Part shown: in pieces, positions 26,786 to 40,078 of the stretch
Numbering within the stretch: the first letter of the stretch is position 1
Layout: each line of letters begins with the position of its first letter
Source: the human T2T-CHM13v2.0 reference genome, Homo sapiens
Reading direction: 5' to 3' (one strand)
NCBI RefSeq assembly: GCF_009914755.1
Contig: NC_060933.1
Length of the DNA: 64,000 nucleotides
Position numbers and translations under genes: made by a program
Notes under the pieces: generated by a model
What the model saw: the letters and a program-made list of their open reading frames with translations, nothing else
Database searches by the model: none
Told to the model about the DNA's origin: nothing

Positions 26786-29029
26786 ACCGTGTATTAACAC
26801 CAATACCACTAATTCCAATCCAACCCCACAGGTTTCATTCTAGTTTTTCCCTTTCTGTCTATATAACTCCCTTCTCTGACACTGAGAAACCCAGCTCCCT
26901 TATCCATAATGTATTCACTTATTTGCTCAATCTTCCTGCCAGTAACAAATCTCCCATCTGTGCCACCATCTTCATTTTGACTAGATTGATGTTCAACCTT
27001 GATGATAATCCTAATATGATATTGTTGGATAATGCTTAACATATGAAAAATAAGGTATACTTTGTTCTGAGATACTATAAATTTAAAATACTTTATTATA
27101 CATACATATATACATAAACATATTTTACTTACAGCTTATTCCATTCAGATAGCCACATTACTAGAGGTTCAAGAGTTAACATTTATACCAATAGTGAATA
27201 TGTCTTCAGGATTGGTTGTGACTTTGACATGGTGTAAAATTTTTTTTAAAAAGGGTAATAACCTATTAAAGATACTTCAACATCTAAAGAAAATCTCAGT
27301 TATTAAGATAAAAGCTTCAATGAAAGAAAATGCTCCAAATGAGTGATATATGAACATCTAATCATGGTTCATATGGACTCCAGGATTCTGTCAAGGCAGA
27401 ATGAGCTACAGGTATGTTAAAATCAAAACTATCTGGATTTCTAGAAAAGCTTATTCATTACATTTAGCTGTAATTATAACAATACAACTGATCCATGAAA
27501 ACTCCTGTGTTCTCACCCTATAAATGCTTACAGGAGGACCTATTGGACTTCCTTGACTCTTCCCTTCACAAACTCTACCTCATTGGACTTCAGTTATGCA
27601 ACTAGTGAGATTCATCATATTTTTTGGGTTTCTTGGGATTCTCACCTTGTACCGGCTCAAGTTTGCTGGCTGTGACCTCAGGCTCTTGCTAATTCTTGTG
27701 TCCTCCCTCACCTCTGCTTAGACGTGGCAGACTGCTTTTGTTTCAGTCCCTGACTTGGCTCTGGAAGTGCTGACTGGGGCAGGGACCACTCTCTTTTTCA
27801 CAAGGGAATGAAAGGCACAGAGCAGAACATATTCTAGAATGTTTTTGCCTTGTAGCACAGAGAGTCAAAGCCCAGAACTATTCTAAAAAGGCTAGCTAGC
27901 ATTTAATTTAGATGGGAGAGTCCTGTGATTTGTACAGTGTTAAATTTGATCTGGTCAACCTTGCTCCTTTATACTGTAATTTAATATTCATTTTAAAAAG
28001 TGATATTATTTGAGAGCCTTTCCTGGACCAAATTATTTTTCTTGAGACCAGTCACAGTGTTTGACATCAGAACATCAGAGATTCATCTGATGAAAAAGGA
28101 GAGCTTTAAAATATTCTTGGTCCTTAATTGCCCTCCATGGAAATATTAATTTCCAAGGAAGTACTGTGAGGCTGAGAAAGGTTCTGGAGTTCTTGAGATA
28201 AATTTCATGTTTCAGAGCCAGACTGTCTCCTGCCCACTATTTTTGTTTTAACTTCTCAAATACTTTTTAATGTTTTGGTTTAGGAGTGCAGTGGAAATGA
28301 TGCTTATGAATATGAAAAATTAAAAGGGAAGCAGGACAAACACATTTAGTTCAAGTTCATCTTTTTAAGTTGTTGGCAGAGAAGGGTTTTATCTTAAGTT
28401 AAGGAATGCCTAGGAAAAAAAATCTGTAATGTTAAATAGAACCACATGTCAAGGCAGGGGGCCCAGAGAATAGGGGAATAGTTTGGAGAGGCCTCAAGGA
28501 TGGCTCAGGAAGCAGAATTGCCACACTGGGCAGAGGGTCTAACCATTGGGACAAAGGGGCTTCTGAGCACCATCTCACACATCACGCCTACAATCGACAG
28601 AGCAGCCTTCAGGGCAGTCATCTCATGGCCAAGGACTGCTGCCACCCTGAGTCTGTGAGAGGCACCTCATTCCCCTCCTCTCCACTGATCGGCTCAGAGC
28701 CCAGAAAGTGGCATGTCCTGAAACCCTTGACTCCGACAAGCAACCTTGTGTGTGCCCTGAATGCTTTTACTTCCTAACAACTGACACCTTTTAAAGAAGC
28801 CCAGCACCTACCTCTTCTAATCCATCACTAAGTAGCCATGGAGTGTATGTAAACTGTGTGATTCTGCAGGAAAGCTATGAAAATTGATGTGGTCTGTGAA
28901 ATTCAAACCCATCGCAGCTGATCCCTTAAACCAGAGCTGACCCCTTAAACCAAAATGGCCACAGGATCCACCAGATTACTTTAAAACTTTTACTTGTCAT
29001 TTTCTAGGGGGAGATTTTGTACAAAGATA

Positions 29030-29230
29030 AAGATTTTTCTTGTTTTCCTAGAGAAAATTCAGGAGATCTGGACACAGCAGATCTGTCTATACTCCTGCAT
29101 GGTGATGGTTGACTGGCCTGAGTAGAGGTTAACCCTGTATATGGTGTATAGTCTCCTTGTCACCACCCCCATCATTTCCTATGGTCCCTCTACCTGGCCC
29201 ACTTTACTTTTTAAAATGCCTGACTTCTGT
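29030..29230. mobile_element. MER102-like (hAT-Charlie) fragment
   Basis: GAAAATTCAGGAGATCTGGACACAG...CCTGCATGGTGATGGTTGACTGGCCTGAGTAGAGG resembles recalled MER102. Confidence 0.5.
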
Positions 29231-31169
29231 TTGCTGAACTCTCAAAACTCACCCCAAATTATCCTGGCCGGGTTGGGGTAAGGTAAGAGAAAATAACTCA
29301 GAGGATGAAAAAGGGATGGGGAAGACTCCAGAACAAAATTACCCTATTTCAAAATGTTTAAGCAGGACATTCCCCTGCCTGCAGGCTACAGAACCTTAGC
29401 CTGATCCTGACTTGGACGTTCTCACTGACTCAGGTTCACTGCCCAGATCTGTGTCAGTGTCATTGGGCAAATATTGGAGGTGGGGGGTGTCAGCATCCTC
29501 TCTCACTCATTGGAAAGAGGCCAGGGTGTAGTTCCATTTTCACAAAACAGTCTTACAGTTCAGGGACCAAGAATATGGGGTCAGGGAAGCAAGGAGAGAA
29601 GCTGCCCTTGTTCCATACCTTCCATCCACTTCTGCTCCACAAACCTGTGTCCCCAGGGATAGCTAACACATCAGGCGTGGCTGTGAGGGAGACAGCAAGT
29701 AGAGTGTGGGAGTGGTACTGCACTGTCCCTTTCCCAGGATTTGATCCTCAACCCAGGAGTACCCCTGCTATTTTCATGTTGCAGTAAGTTTGTAGGTCAT
29801 GTTTGCATTTGGCATGCGAACATGAAACCTGTTGGGAGTAGTTGGCTGGAGTAAAATGGAGGTAAAGTTTTTGACGTTGAAGAGGTCAAGGAACTTTGAA
29901 GGAAGGTTTGCATAAGGCATTCACACCGCCATTTAAGTCAGTGATATGAGGATGATATAGGCAGAAAGAAGAGTTCTTGGGGTGTTGATGAAGGTGGGCA
30001 ACTGGAAAAGGAAGTGGGAGGGAAAAGTTGGTATAATTCACTTGGTTAAAAGGAAGACATTTAAAAGTTTTATCTGAGAATGGAGGTATAACAGGAAGAA
30101 GTGGCAACCAGTAGCTAAAAAATGCCTAGCCCAATTTGCTGATCTTTCTAATGATAGAAAGTTTACTACCTGAAAGCCAAGTTATTTCTTATTGGGAGTG
30201 ACTTACTTAGTTCTCTAGATTAACATATAACAGAAAATGCTACTTGTGAATAACCAGTTGCATTACTTATTTTCCCCCAAGCCCTCTGATACTATAATTT
30301 CACAGCTCTCCAGGAGAGTGTATTGCAGAAAATCAAGTTCAATCAATACCTCAAACATTCCAGACTTCTTTGCACAGCTCTAATGCAAAAAGCGTGAGAT
30401 ATGTCATAGGTCACACACAGAATACAAGGTGGTCCTAGTCCAGAGGAAAGTGATGATAAGCTGCTGTTCATTTGCTGAGGTCAGGATCCTCTAATGGCAC
30501 CTGTGGGCCTCTCTTGATGCTCTGCGGAGCTCAGTTGGTGCTATCGACTTTCAGACTGAGTCATTCAAGCCGTGAGAATCAGGCTCAATGCCTTTCTCTT
30601 ACCCACACATTCTGAGTCCTGGCATATTTCTTGATTCTCTTTCCTTTCCATGCCAACTTTCACTGCCCTAATTTAGGATCTCATCATTGCTTGTCTAAAC
30701 TATTGCAGCAGCCTTCTCACTAGCTTTCCTGCCTCCAGTCTTGTGTAAACTAAAATCCACCATCTACACTGCATGCCAGTACCTTGTGGACATGACACAG
30801 AAGCCATAGCATAAGACTGAGTGGGAGATACGAGGTGCAACCTCCAGATGATACTTTCCTCCACGTCACAATATACTGTCCCAGTTTCCCAGTGGGGAGA
30901 AAATCTAAACTACTTGAAATGAGATAGAATATAAATTATGATTATAGATAAAACCAGCTATGTCAATCATGAAACATGGTTCTATTTGTTCTGAATGTGT
31001 CTCAAAAATTTCAAGGAAATAAAAATTATAAACTAAGGAAGACTATGACTGTCTCCAGTTATGATGGTCTGCTTGTCATTTGGAGGTGAGCTCAGTTAAG
31101 CTTCTGCATTCAAATCCACTTAGTCTCATTTCCAGCCTTAGCTTCAGCCTCATCTTTAACCACTTCCTT

Positions 31170-31260
31170 CAGGACCACTGCATTGCACAACCCCAGGGGG
31201 CACCATCACCCTGTATTTTAAGTTAATGGTACCACTGGAATTGAGCAATAGTGTGGTCCT
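31170..31260. mobile_element. MER91-like (hAT-Tip100) palindromic element
   Basis: CAGGACCAC...TTGCACAACCCCAGGGGGCACCAT...ATGGTACCACTGGAATTGAGCAAT...GTGGTCCT inverted structure. Confidence 0.65.
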
Positions 31261-31412
31261 TCTCTGTGCCTCACATTCAAGCAATTGCCAGAAATATGTA
31301 GACTTCATCCTACTGATTCTTGTTCCTTGGTCTTTGATTTTGCTGGTCTCTCTACCTGGAAAACGTTCTCATGACATTTTTCTAAATTCTTGGACACACA
31401 GGCACACAGATG

Positions 31413-31455
31413 CACACACACACACACACACACACTCTCTCTCTCTCTCTCTCTG
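31413..31455. repeat. (CA)n(CT)n compound microsatellite
   Basis: Seen directly. Confidence 0.92.
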
Positions 31456-32634
31456 TCTTTCCTGATCAAGTATTAAAGACATAGTCTAAGTATCAGCCAC
31501 TCCAGTAAGTTTTACCTATTTATCTACTCATCGTCATCTCTGTCATCACTAACAACCTTGAACTGCAATTTTAATCATATATGTAATCAGATGATTTTGA
31601 TTATATAGATTTATTTAAAATATACATTTATATTTATAGATATATAAAAATATACTTATATTTATAGATATATAAATATATGTATTTCCCCCACTCAACC
31701 CTGAGTTCCTTAGGGGCATGTCTTATGCACCATTGCAGTCCCATATTCTACTATAGGACCTGACACCATTTTTCCTTTAACTCGGTGCTAAAAACCCTCT
31801 TGGCAGTTTTCCTATCCTGAAACTGACCCCTTCCCAGAATGAGAGCGATACTATCTATTCCCTTCACTGGAAACCCTGCCCTATCTATAGGGATATGATC
31901 TGATCCTATGGATTATACATTATACATAATACTTGTTCCCAAACATATTCCCAAAGTCTAGGTTAATTGAGTCTTAATACTATGGGTGGAACATTAACAA
32001 TCTAGACCATGTTGTACTGCCTCAAATGTAGTTAAGTTCCTTTTCATAATTTTCTCCAACATCAAATGAAGAGAAGACAGATTTGCATGTTTTCCTGCAT
32101 ATCGTGCATGTGTGTGTGTGTGTGAGTGTGTGTGTGTTCACATGGGTCATGTTCTTGATCCCTTAGCTAGCAACATACACACACAAAACAGATAACACTA
32201 TACAGGCATAAGGCAGTCAGTGCATGCTTAGAGAAAAAAACATTTCTATGGGAGCCATCAACTGTAATGACTTCGATTTGATTAAAGGTGCATCTAAGAA
32301 AGTACAACTTCTTGGGGTCTTGCTCAGGAGGAATTTTTTCATTATTTTATTCAACAAATATTTATTGAGATCCTACTATGTGATAGGTACTATTGCAGGG
32401 AACATATGAATAAATAAAATTGAAAAATAAATCCTCAACCCCTCAGGGCTTACATTCAAATGAGTCCTTGACTGTATTTGTAGAAGATGTTCCACTCACA
32501 TTTTTCCAAGGGCTAGATAACATTCTGCCTCAGGAATAAACCCCAATTTTCCACTCTCAGAAGGGAGAAATGAGTTTTAAGTTTCATATGATCCTCCTCA
32601 AAAGAGTTTCCAAAAAAAATTTGAGGTCCATCTC

Positions 32635-33728
32635 TGTTGCGGGAAGTCAGGGACCCCGAATGGAGGGACCAGCTGAAGCCATGGCAGAAGAACGTGGATT
32701 GTGAAGATTTCATGGATATTTATTAGTTCCCCAAATTAATATTTTTATAATTTCTGATGCCTGTCTTTACTGCAATCTCTAAACATAAGTTGTGAAGATT
32801 TCAGGGACACTTATCACTTCCCCAGTCAATACCCTTGTGATTTCCTATGCCTGTCTTTACTTTAATCTCTTAATCCTGTCATCTTGTAAGCTGAGGAGGA
32901 TGTATGTCACCTCAGGACCCTGTGATGATTGCGTTAACTGCACAAATTGTAGAGCATGTGTGTTTGAACAATATGAAATCTGGGCACCTTGAAAAAAGAA
33001 CAGGATAACAGCAATGTTCAGGGAACAAAAGAGATAACCTTAAATTCTGACCGCCAGTGAGCTGGGCGGAACAGAGCCATATTTCTCTTCTTTCAAAAGC
33101 AAATGGGAGAAATATCGCTGAATTCTTTTTCTCTGCAAGGAACATCCCTGAGAAAGAGAATGCACCTCTGAGGGTGGGCCTCTAAAATGGCCCCCTTGGG
33201 TGTGACCATCTTCTACGGTTGAGACTGTAGGGATGAAATAAGCCCCAGCCTCCCGTAGTGCTCCCAGGCTTATTAGGATGAGGAAATTCCCGCCTAATAA
33301 ATTTTGGTCAGACCAGTTGCTCTCAAACCCTGTCTCCTGATAAGATGTTATCAATGACAATGGTGCCCGAAACTTCATTAGCAATTTTAATTTCACCCTG
33401 GTCCTGTGGTCCTGTGATCTCGCCCTGCCTCCATTTGCCTTGTGAAGGCACGTGAAGTACATGATCTCTGTGACCCACACCCTATTCGTACACTCCCTCC
33501 CCTTTTGAAAATCCCTAATAAAAACTTGCTGGTTTTGCGGCTTATGGGGCATCATGGAACCTACTGACATATGATGTCTCCCCGGGATGCCCAGCTTTAA
33601 AATTTCTCTCTTTTGTACTCTGTCCCTTTATTCCTCAAACTGGCTGATGCTTAGGGAAAATAGAAAAGAACCTACGTGAAATATCGGGGGTAAATTTTCC
33701 CCAATATCTGGCTGAATTTCCCCCGATA
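32635..33728 (+). mobile_element. MER11 (B/C-like) solo LTR, HERV-K11/HML-8
   Basis: Starts TGTTGCGGGAAGTCAGGGACCCCGAA, has internal TTGTGAAGATTTCA repeats and AATAAA at ~33517, ends CCCCCGATA; TSD ATCTC. Confidence 0.92.
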
Positions 33729-33763
33729 ATCTCTGCCACAGTTGCTTTTAATATTGACATTTA

Positions 33764-34068
<305 letters not shown>

Positions 34069-35005
34069 TTAGATGAAAGTATTTAATGATGATATACATA
34101 AGCCTCCCTTCAAAGACACCACAAAGTAACCAAATAGCTTCTCCATCTTCATGCAGGATGGTGGAGCTGATAGGATTATACTGAGTTAAGTATTAATGGC
34201 CTTATATCAATTAAACATCACTGATGTCTTCTGGCTCTCAGCTTAACCAATGTGCAGCATATCCAGATGACATTGCCCTTGCCTCTCTCTAATGTGTGGT
34301 TAAGGGGCAGCTATTTTCCTCGGCAAAGTCCCCTTGAAGAGTCCATGGTGTCACTGGGTTATCTCTGAGAGGTCATTGTTCTTCTTCCATCATAGGTCAG
34401 ACTTGGCAGTGGTGAAATAAATGTTCTTGCTACATCTGTACACACATAATCATGAGCTGTTCTGAACACATACGTCATTTTGTGGATATGTGAGTGGATT
34501 CTCAAAACAAAAAACAAATAGGTCTTTTCAGCTTTCTGAGCTAGAAAAAACAATAAGTATGCTGCAACAAAGAGGATGATCCCAGGTCAAGTGCAGAAGT
34601 TTGTGTTGGCTGTGGGACTAAGTCACCCCCAGGATCCCTCCATCCTCAATAGACTATGATTCCAAGAATTATCCAGAGTCAGAAGCCAATGCTTTCAGTG
34701 TCTGAAGTGAGCATACCCATAAATATATATAGAAATCAATAGAAAGACTGTGAAGGGGAGAGATCAATTTTGCCCATGTTTAACCAAAGAAAAGACTGAT
34801 TTGCATTTTCCCAACATCCTGTCACAATCTATAGCCCACTTTTACCCAACGTATGCAGAATTGCAAGAGACCATTTGAGTGATGTATTTCAGAGAGAACT
34901 TATTAGTGGTAGAAGACTAAGACATGAAGGCTAACAGTGACTCCATGATATTAACTCCAGCCCTATAACCAAGTGGGAAGTCTACAGATGAACGAAACTC
35001 CATCC

Positions 35006-35056
35006 ATTATTTATTTACTTATTGAGACAGGGTCTTGCTCTGTTGTCCAGGCTGGA
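35006..35056 (-). mobile_element. Short Alu 3'-end fragment (probably copied from the neighbouring FRAM)
   Basis: ACAGGGTCTTGCTCTGTTGTCCAGGCTGGA is 29/30 identical to 35202-35231. Confidence 0.7.
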
Positions 35057-35185
35057 CCACAGTCATGTCAAGTACTCTAGTAATGTCAGGTAGATGAGAA
35101 GACTGCCTGTTTTTATATTTTAATTATCAATCTGATGGTTTGCTTTTGGTATGTTAATATGTTTATATTATAAAGTATTATAAAT

Positions 35186-35344
35186 TTGTTTATTTATTGT
35201 AACAGGGTCTTGCTCTGTCGTCCAGGCTGGAGTGTAATGGCTCTATCATAGCTCATTTCAGTCTCAAACTCCTGGACTCAAACAGTCCTCCTGATTCAGC
35301 CTCCCAAAGTACTGGGATTATAGGCATGAGCCACTGTGCCCAGA
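35186..35344 (-). mobile_element. FRAM / Alu monomer
   Basis: Single right-arm monomer ending GGGATTATAGGCATGAGCCACTGTGCCCAG. Confidence 0.8.
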
Positions 35345-36350
35345 ACCATAAATTATTGAATTACACCCTCTGACCCCCCCTCCACCATACAGCGCTAGAT
35401 GAACAAATACCTAACTTCAGTTAGAGATGTTTCTTTTCTACACGTCTCTAACAGTAGCATTATGTACATGGTAATATAAAAAGGCAAAACAGTGCATGGT
35501 ATAAAAAGTAAAAAAGTACAGGAAGCTCCATAGGATATAATACTTCCTACTGTAGGAATACAACTGAAATCCACTAATACCAAGTAGATGAGAAGACTAC
35601 TTGTTTTTACATTTTGATTATCAATCTAGTGGTTTGCTTTTGGTTTGTTAATACATTGGAAGGCTGCATTGAGCTTGACAGTGATTGTGCTCGTTCTTAT
35701 TCCCATCATACTCAGATAGACATTTTAAATTATGGTGATATGTCCATCCATCCAACACTGACAAGGAACAACAATGCCACCTGAATATGGAAATGAATAC
35801 ATTTTCCAAACAACTAAATTTTAGCCTAGCCAAATTGGAAACATGAAGAGCCTACTCTGAATGGAAAATTGTGACAGCCTGTTTAGTTAAACACGGGTGC
35901 TGAACATTGTTACTGCTTAATGTTCTCGGGAACTACTGAGATACGTAAGCCTGTGTATTCCCCTTTTAAACAACCTTCACACATGTTGAAGTGTGGTCCC
36001 GAACTGATGTTTTGGTGGCTGTTGTTGCCTTGTGTGCATTTTCACAGTTTTCTTCCTTGTAGTGGTTACTGCCTAAAGTACCACTTTTCCTGTTTTTCTC
36101 CAACCCCTTCTCATGTGTGTTTCTATTTTTAGTAAACCAGAAAACCATTTAACCAAACATACTAAGTGTTATATCTAGTCATATATAGAGTTGTGTTTGT
36201 TTGTTTTGAATCAGGGAACACTGAGATCCTGGTGAGAAGTGTGGACCCCTCTTCTCTATCCCCTACCTCCTCCCAAGCCATAATTCTATCTATAGTCTCA
36301 GCCAAATCCCTGACACCCATACATGGCCCCCAGTTTAGGAATTTCTGTTC

Positions 36351-36920
36351 TAGTATGGATGTTCTTTAAAGAACTAAAAATAGAACTTCCATTCCATCCA
36401 GCAATGCCACTACTTGATAATTATTTGAAGGAAAATAAATCATTATATGAAAAAGACACATGCACACACATGTTTATAGCAGCACAATTCACAATTGCAA
36501 AGATAAAGAACTAACCTAAGTGCCCATCAACCAAAGAAAATACGGTGTATATATACACCATGAAATACTACTCAACCACAAAAACTGACAAAATAATGTC
36601 TTTTGCAGCAACTTGGATGGAGCTGGAGGCCATTATTCTAAGTGAAGTAACTCAGGAATGGAAAACCAAATATTGTATGTTCTTGCTTGTAAGTGGAAGC
36701 TCAGCTATCAGGATGCAAAGGCATAAGAATGATATAATGGACTCTGGGAACTTGAGGGGGAAGGTTGGGAGGGAGGTGAGGGATAGAAGACTACATATTG
36801 GGTGTAGTGTACACTGCTTGGGTGACAGGTGCACTAAAATCTCAGAAATCACCACTAAAGAATTGATCCACGTAACCAAAAACCACCTGTACCCTCAAAA
36901 CTATTAAAAAAATTTTAAGA
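36351..36920 (+). mobile_element. L1PB2-like 3' end
   Basis: GACTACATATTGGGTGTAGTGTACACTGCTTGGGTGACAGGTGCACTAAAATCTCAGAAATCACCACTAAAG; TSD-like ATTTCTGTT on both sides. Confidence 0.85.
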
Positions 36921-37596
36921 AAGTATTTCTGTTGTAAAGCTCATGCATTTTGCCTATGTGAAATCCCATTAGGTTTTGCTGTCCAAGGTGAATCATTCTT
37001 TGATAGATCAGGAGGTTGAAGACTTCGGTTCTGTTGATAAATTTGACTCTTACTGCTATGACTTGGATAAGTTTTTAACTACTCTAAACTTAAGTTTTTT
37101 CATCTATAAAATGATGATAATAAATAACTGTCCTATAGGATAATTGCAGGATGAATATAAAACAACATATAAGCAAGGAAATTGCAAATTTCAGACTAGA
37201 AGAACTTAGCCCAAGGTCCATGGACAAGGGATGAGCTTCAGAGCATCAGCAAATGCCCTGATATTTTCAGCAAAATGTGGGTTTGTGCCACCTGTGTGTT
37301 TTTCATCAGAAGTTTATGACCTCAAGAAAGTAAGAATAAGTGCTTCTAGCATGGACTTTATGATATCATTGTTTTGCTTATTTCCCAATTCTAAACTACA
37401 TTTCAGATAGGAAGAGCTGTTAATTTACTGACTTCCAGGTTAGAGAGGCATTAATATGTACTTGGTGTGCAAAGGATCCTCAGTGAACTCAGCTTAATGA
37501 ATTAACTATGATTTCACTAATTAACTAGCTAATGAATTAACTATTAGAGAATGTGTACCCATGTATCTGCATAGTCATACTCTGCTACTTTGTAGC

Positions 37597-38023
37597 TGAT
37601 ATGGTCTGAATGTGTGTCTCCTCCAAATCTCATGTTAACATGTGATCCCTAGTGTTGGAGGTGGGGCCTAGTGGGAGGTATTGTATCATGGAGGTGGATC
37701 CCTCACGAATGGCTTAGAGCCATTTCCTTGGTGATGAGTGAGTTCTTGCTCTGTTAGTTCATGCGATATCTGGTGGTTTAAGAGTCTGGGACCGCTACTC
37801 TCTCTTGTTCCCTCTCTCTTGCTCCCACTCTTGCCATGTGATATACTGGCTCCCCGTTTGCTTTCTACCACAAGTGTAAGCTTCCTGAGACCTCACTAGG
37901 AGCAGAGGCCAGCATCATGCTTCCTGTACAGTCTGTAGAACTGTGACCCAAAATAAGCCTCTTTTATTGATAAATTACCCAGTCTCAGGTATTCCTTTAT
38001 AGCAATGTAAATGGACTAACACC
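37597..38023 (+). mobile_element. MSTB solo LTR
   Basis: TGATATGGTCTGAATG...GGTGGATCCCTCACGAATGGCTT...GGACTAACAC. Confidence 0.88.
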
Positions 38024-38309
38024 GTTAGTGATAACATATAGTTCACAAATAGACTAATGGATATAGATAGCTATGCTATATTTACCAGTAGAATCTATAT
38101 TATTTTAAGTAAATAAATAGATTACCTGGGCTAACATTCTTACTTCATTAACGAAAATAAACAAATTGGTCTTCTCAGTGTCTGTTATCTGTACTGGTTT
38201 CCTTTCTTCAAAGGGATATCATGAAGATAAATAAAGATATAGCTATTAAAATGTTTGAAATTTCAGGGAAAATTGCAATGTAATGAGGATGATGATGAGG
38301 ATTAGCTAA

Positions 38310-38535
38310 TTAGAGTTATTGTTTATTGAGTATCTACTAAGTACCAGACTCTGTTCTAGGCATTTAATACACTTTGTGTTTAATTTTCAAAACAACATTT
38401 AAAGATAGGTATTATTGCCCTCATTTTATAGGTAAAGAAACCTGAGACTTAGGTTAAGTAATAGATCCAAGTTCACAAAGCTAGTAAATGTAAAGCTGGA
38501 ATTTTAATAAAAGTCTGTTTGACTCTACAGTCTGT
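38310..38535 (-). mobile_element. MIR (MIRb-like)
   Basis: TTTATTGAGTATCTACT...CTCATTTTATAGGTAAAGAAAC...CCAAGTTCACAAAGCTAGTAAATG. Confidence 0.8.
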
Positions 38536-38719
38536 TATTTTTTTTCTACAGTTAATATAGCAGAAAATATATTTGTGACTCTTAATAAGGCATAACCCAG
38601 CCCTATAAAATGAATTTTTCTTATTTTCCTATTGCATTTGAAAATTGTAATAGTCAGTCTACTAACTTTAAAAAACTTAGGATGTACCTAAAACTCAATT
38701 TAACCTTTATATTAAAGTT

Positions 38720-40078
38720 AAGAAATGCCCTTGAAAGGTTTCAGGCAGGGGGATGATATGATCAGATTAGTGTCTTTGGAAGTTTGCTCTGGCTGTAGGG
38801 TTGAGTGGGTTGCTTTGGATGTGACTGGGGGCAAGGAGGCCAAGAGAGAGGCTTTTTTAACAATAGCAATGGGGTTGGAGAGAAGTGAATGGCCTTGATG
38901 ACTATTTAGAGGATAGCCTGGATAAATCTTGTTCATTGACTGGATATGGGAGGTCAGGATGGTTAGAAATCAAGACAGACACCCAGATTTTTGGGTGAGG
39001 CCTTACATCCTTTCTGGTATTAGGATAGGGGGCAGGTTATTAGGGAGAGATTTATAGGTGAAAATGACAAGTGCTTCTGGGACATACTGGGTTTGAGGTG
39101 TTTGTGAAGATGTTACAATGACCTTTGGGAATCGGTTTTGAAGTTTAAGAGCATGATCTGGACGACAAACTTAGTTTTGGAAGTCAGCATCATATTGGTG
39201 GTTAAGTTAAGCCATAAAAGTAGATGAAATTGCTCGAGGAGGGTATGTAGAGTGAGAAGTGAAGAGAATTTAGGCAAGAATCCTCCAGAACACCAAGATT
39301 TAAGAGACAAATAGAAGGGGTAGCTAGAGAGGTGTGGTACTGTATTGTCACAGAAGACTGTTTCAAGATGGAAGGGATGACTCTAAATATTTACCCCAAA
39401 GAGAATACATTTATTCACATAAAGACCTGTACATGAATGTTTATAGCAGTTTTATTTCATAATTGCCATAAACTGAAAACAACAAATATTCCTCAAGTGG
39501 TGAATGGATAGACACATTGTGGTGCATCTGTACAATTGAAAGCTGTACTTATCAATGAAAAGGACCTACCTACCTATATACACAACATGGATGGATCTCA
39601 AAAGCATTTGCAATGTGAAAGAAATTGAACATGAAAGGCTACATACTGTCTGATTCCATTTATATGATATTCTAGAAGAAGCAAAATCATGAGAACAGAG
39701 ATGAGACCAGTGGTTGCCAGAGGCTGGAGTTAGGAGGAGTGGATTGACTATGAAGGGACTTAAAAGAACTGTTTGGGGGTGATGGTCATGTAATATATTG
39801 ACTATGGTGGTAGTTACATGATTGCATAATGTATCTAAACTCATAGGCCTGTACACCTACAAAGGGTGAATTCCACTGCCTATAAATTATACCTGAATAA
39901 AACTGACTTCAAGTAAAAAAATCAAAAACAAAAGGGAGCTGTTAAAATGTTCAACACAGCTTTAAAATGACATAAGAAGAGGACTGAGACATATCCATTT
40001 GGCACTGGGGACTTTACAGGGAGCAGTGGCAGCGGCATGGGGGAGGCAGAAGCCAGAACGCTAAGCATTGAGGAGAAT
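38720..40078 (-). mobile_element. L2 body interrupted by an L1ME-like 3' end (+, ~39380-39925)
   Basis: L2 motifs (GGACATACTGGGTTTGAGGTG, TTTGGAAGTCAGCATCATA); L1 motifs (CATACTGTCTGATTCCATTTATATGA, AAATTATACCTGAATAAA). Confidence 0.65.

Larger units (their letters stand above)
25225..26970 (-). mobile_element. L1MC-type 3' region interrupted by THE1 and simple repeats
   Basis: ACAAACTTATAGAAAAGTTG..., TCTCCTTCAGTCTGGAACAGTT, CTGGAATGAGTCATTTCTCCAAGGAGC motifs typical of antisense L1MC 3'UTR. Confidence 0.7.

Noticed and set aside
31600-31684. AT-rich ~29-bp unit repeats, and other short direct repeats (22177-22217, 25467-25491, 43816-43850), considered as CRISPR-like or designed arrays
   Set aside because: Low-complexity slippage duplications with only two copies and no regular repeat-spacer structure.
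33040-33570. 176-aa minus-strand ORF
   Set aside because: Lies entirely within the MER11 LTR, antisense; no domain features.
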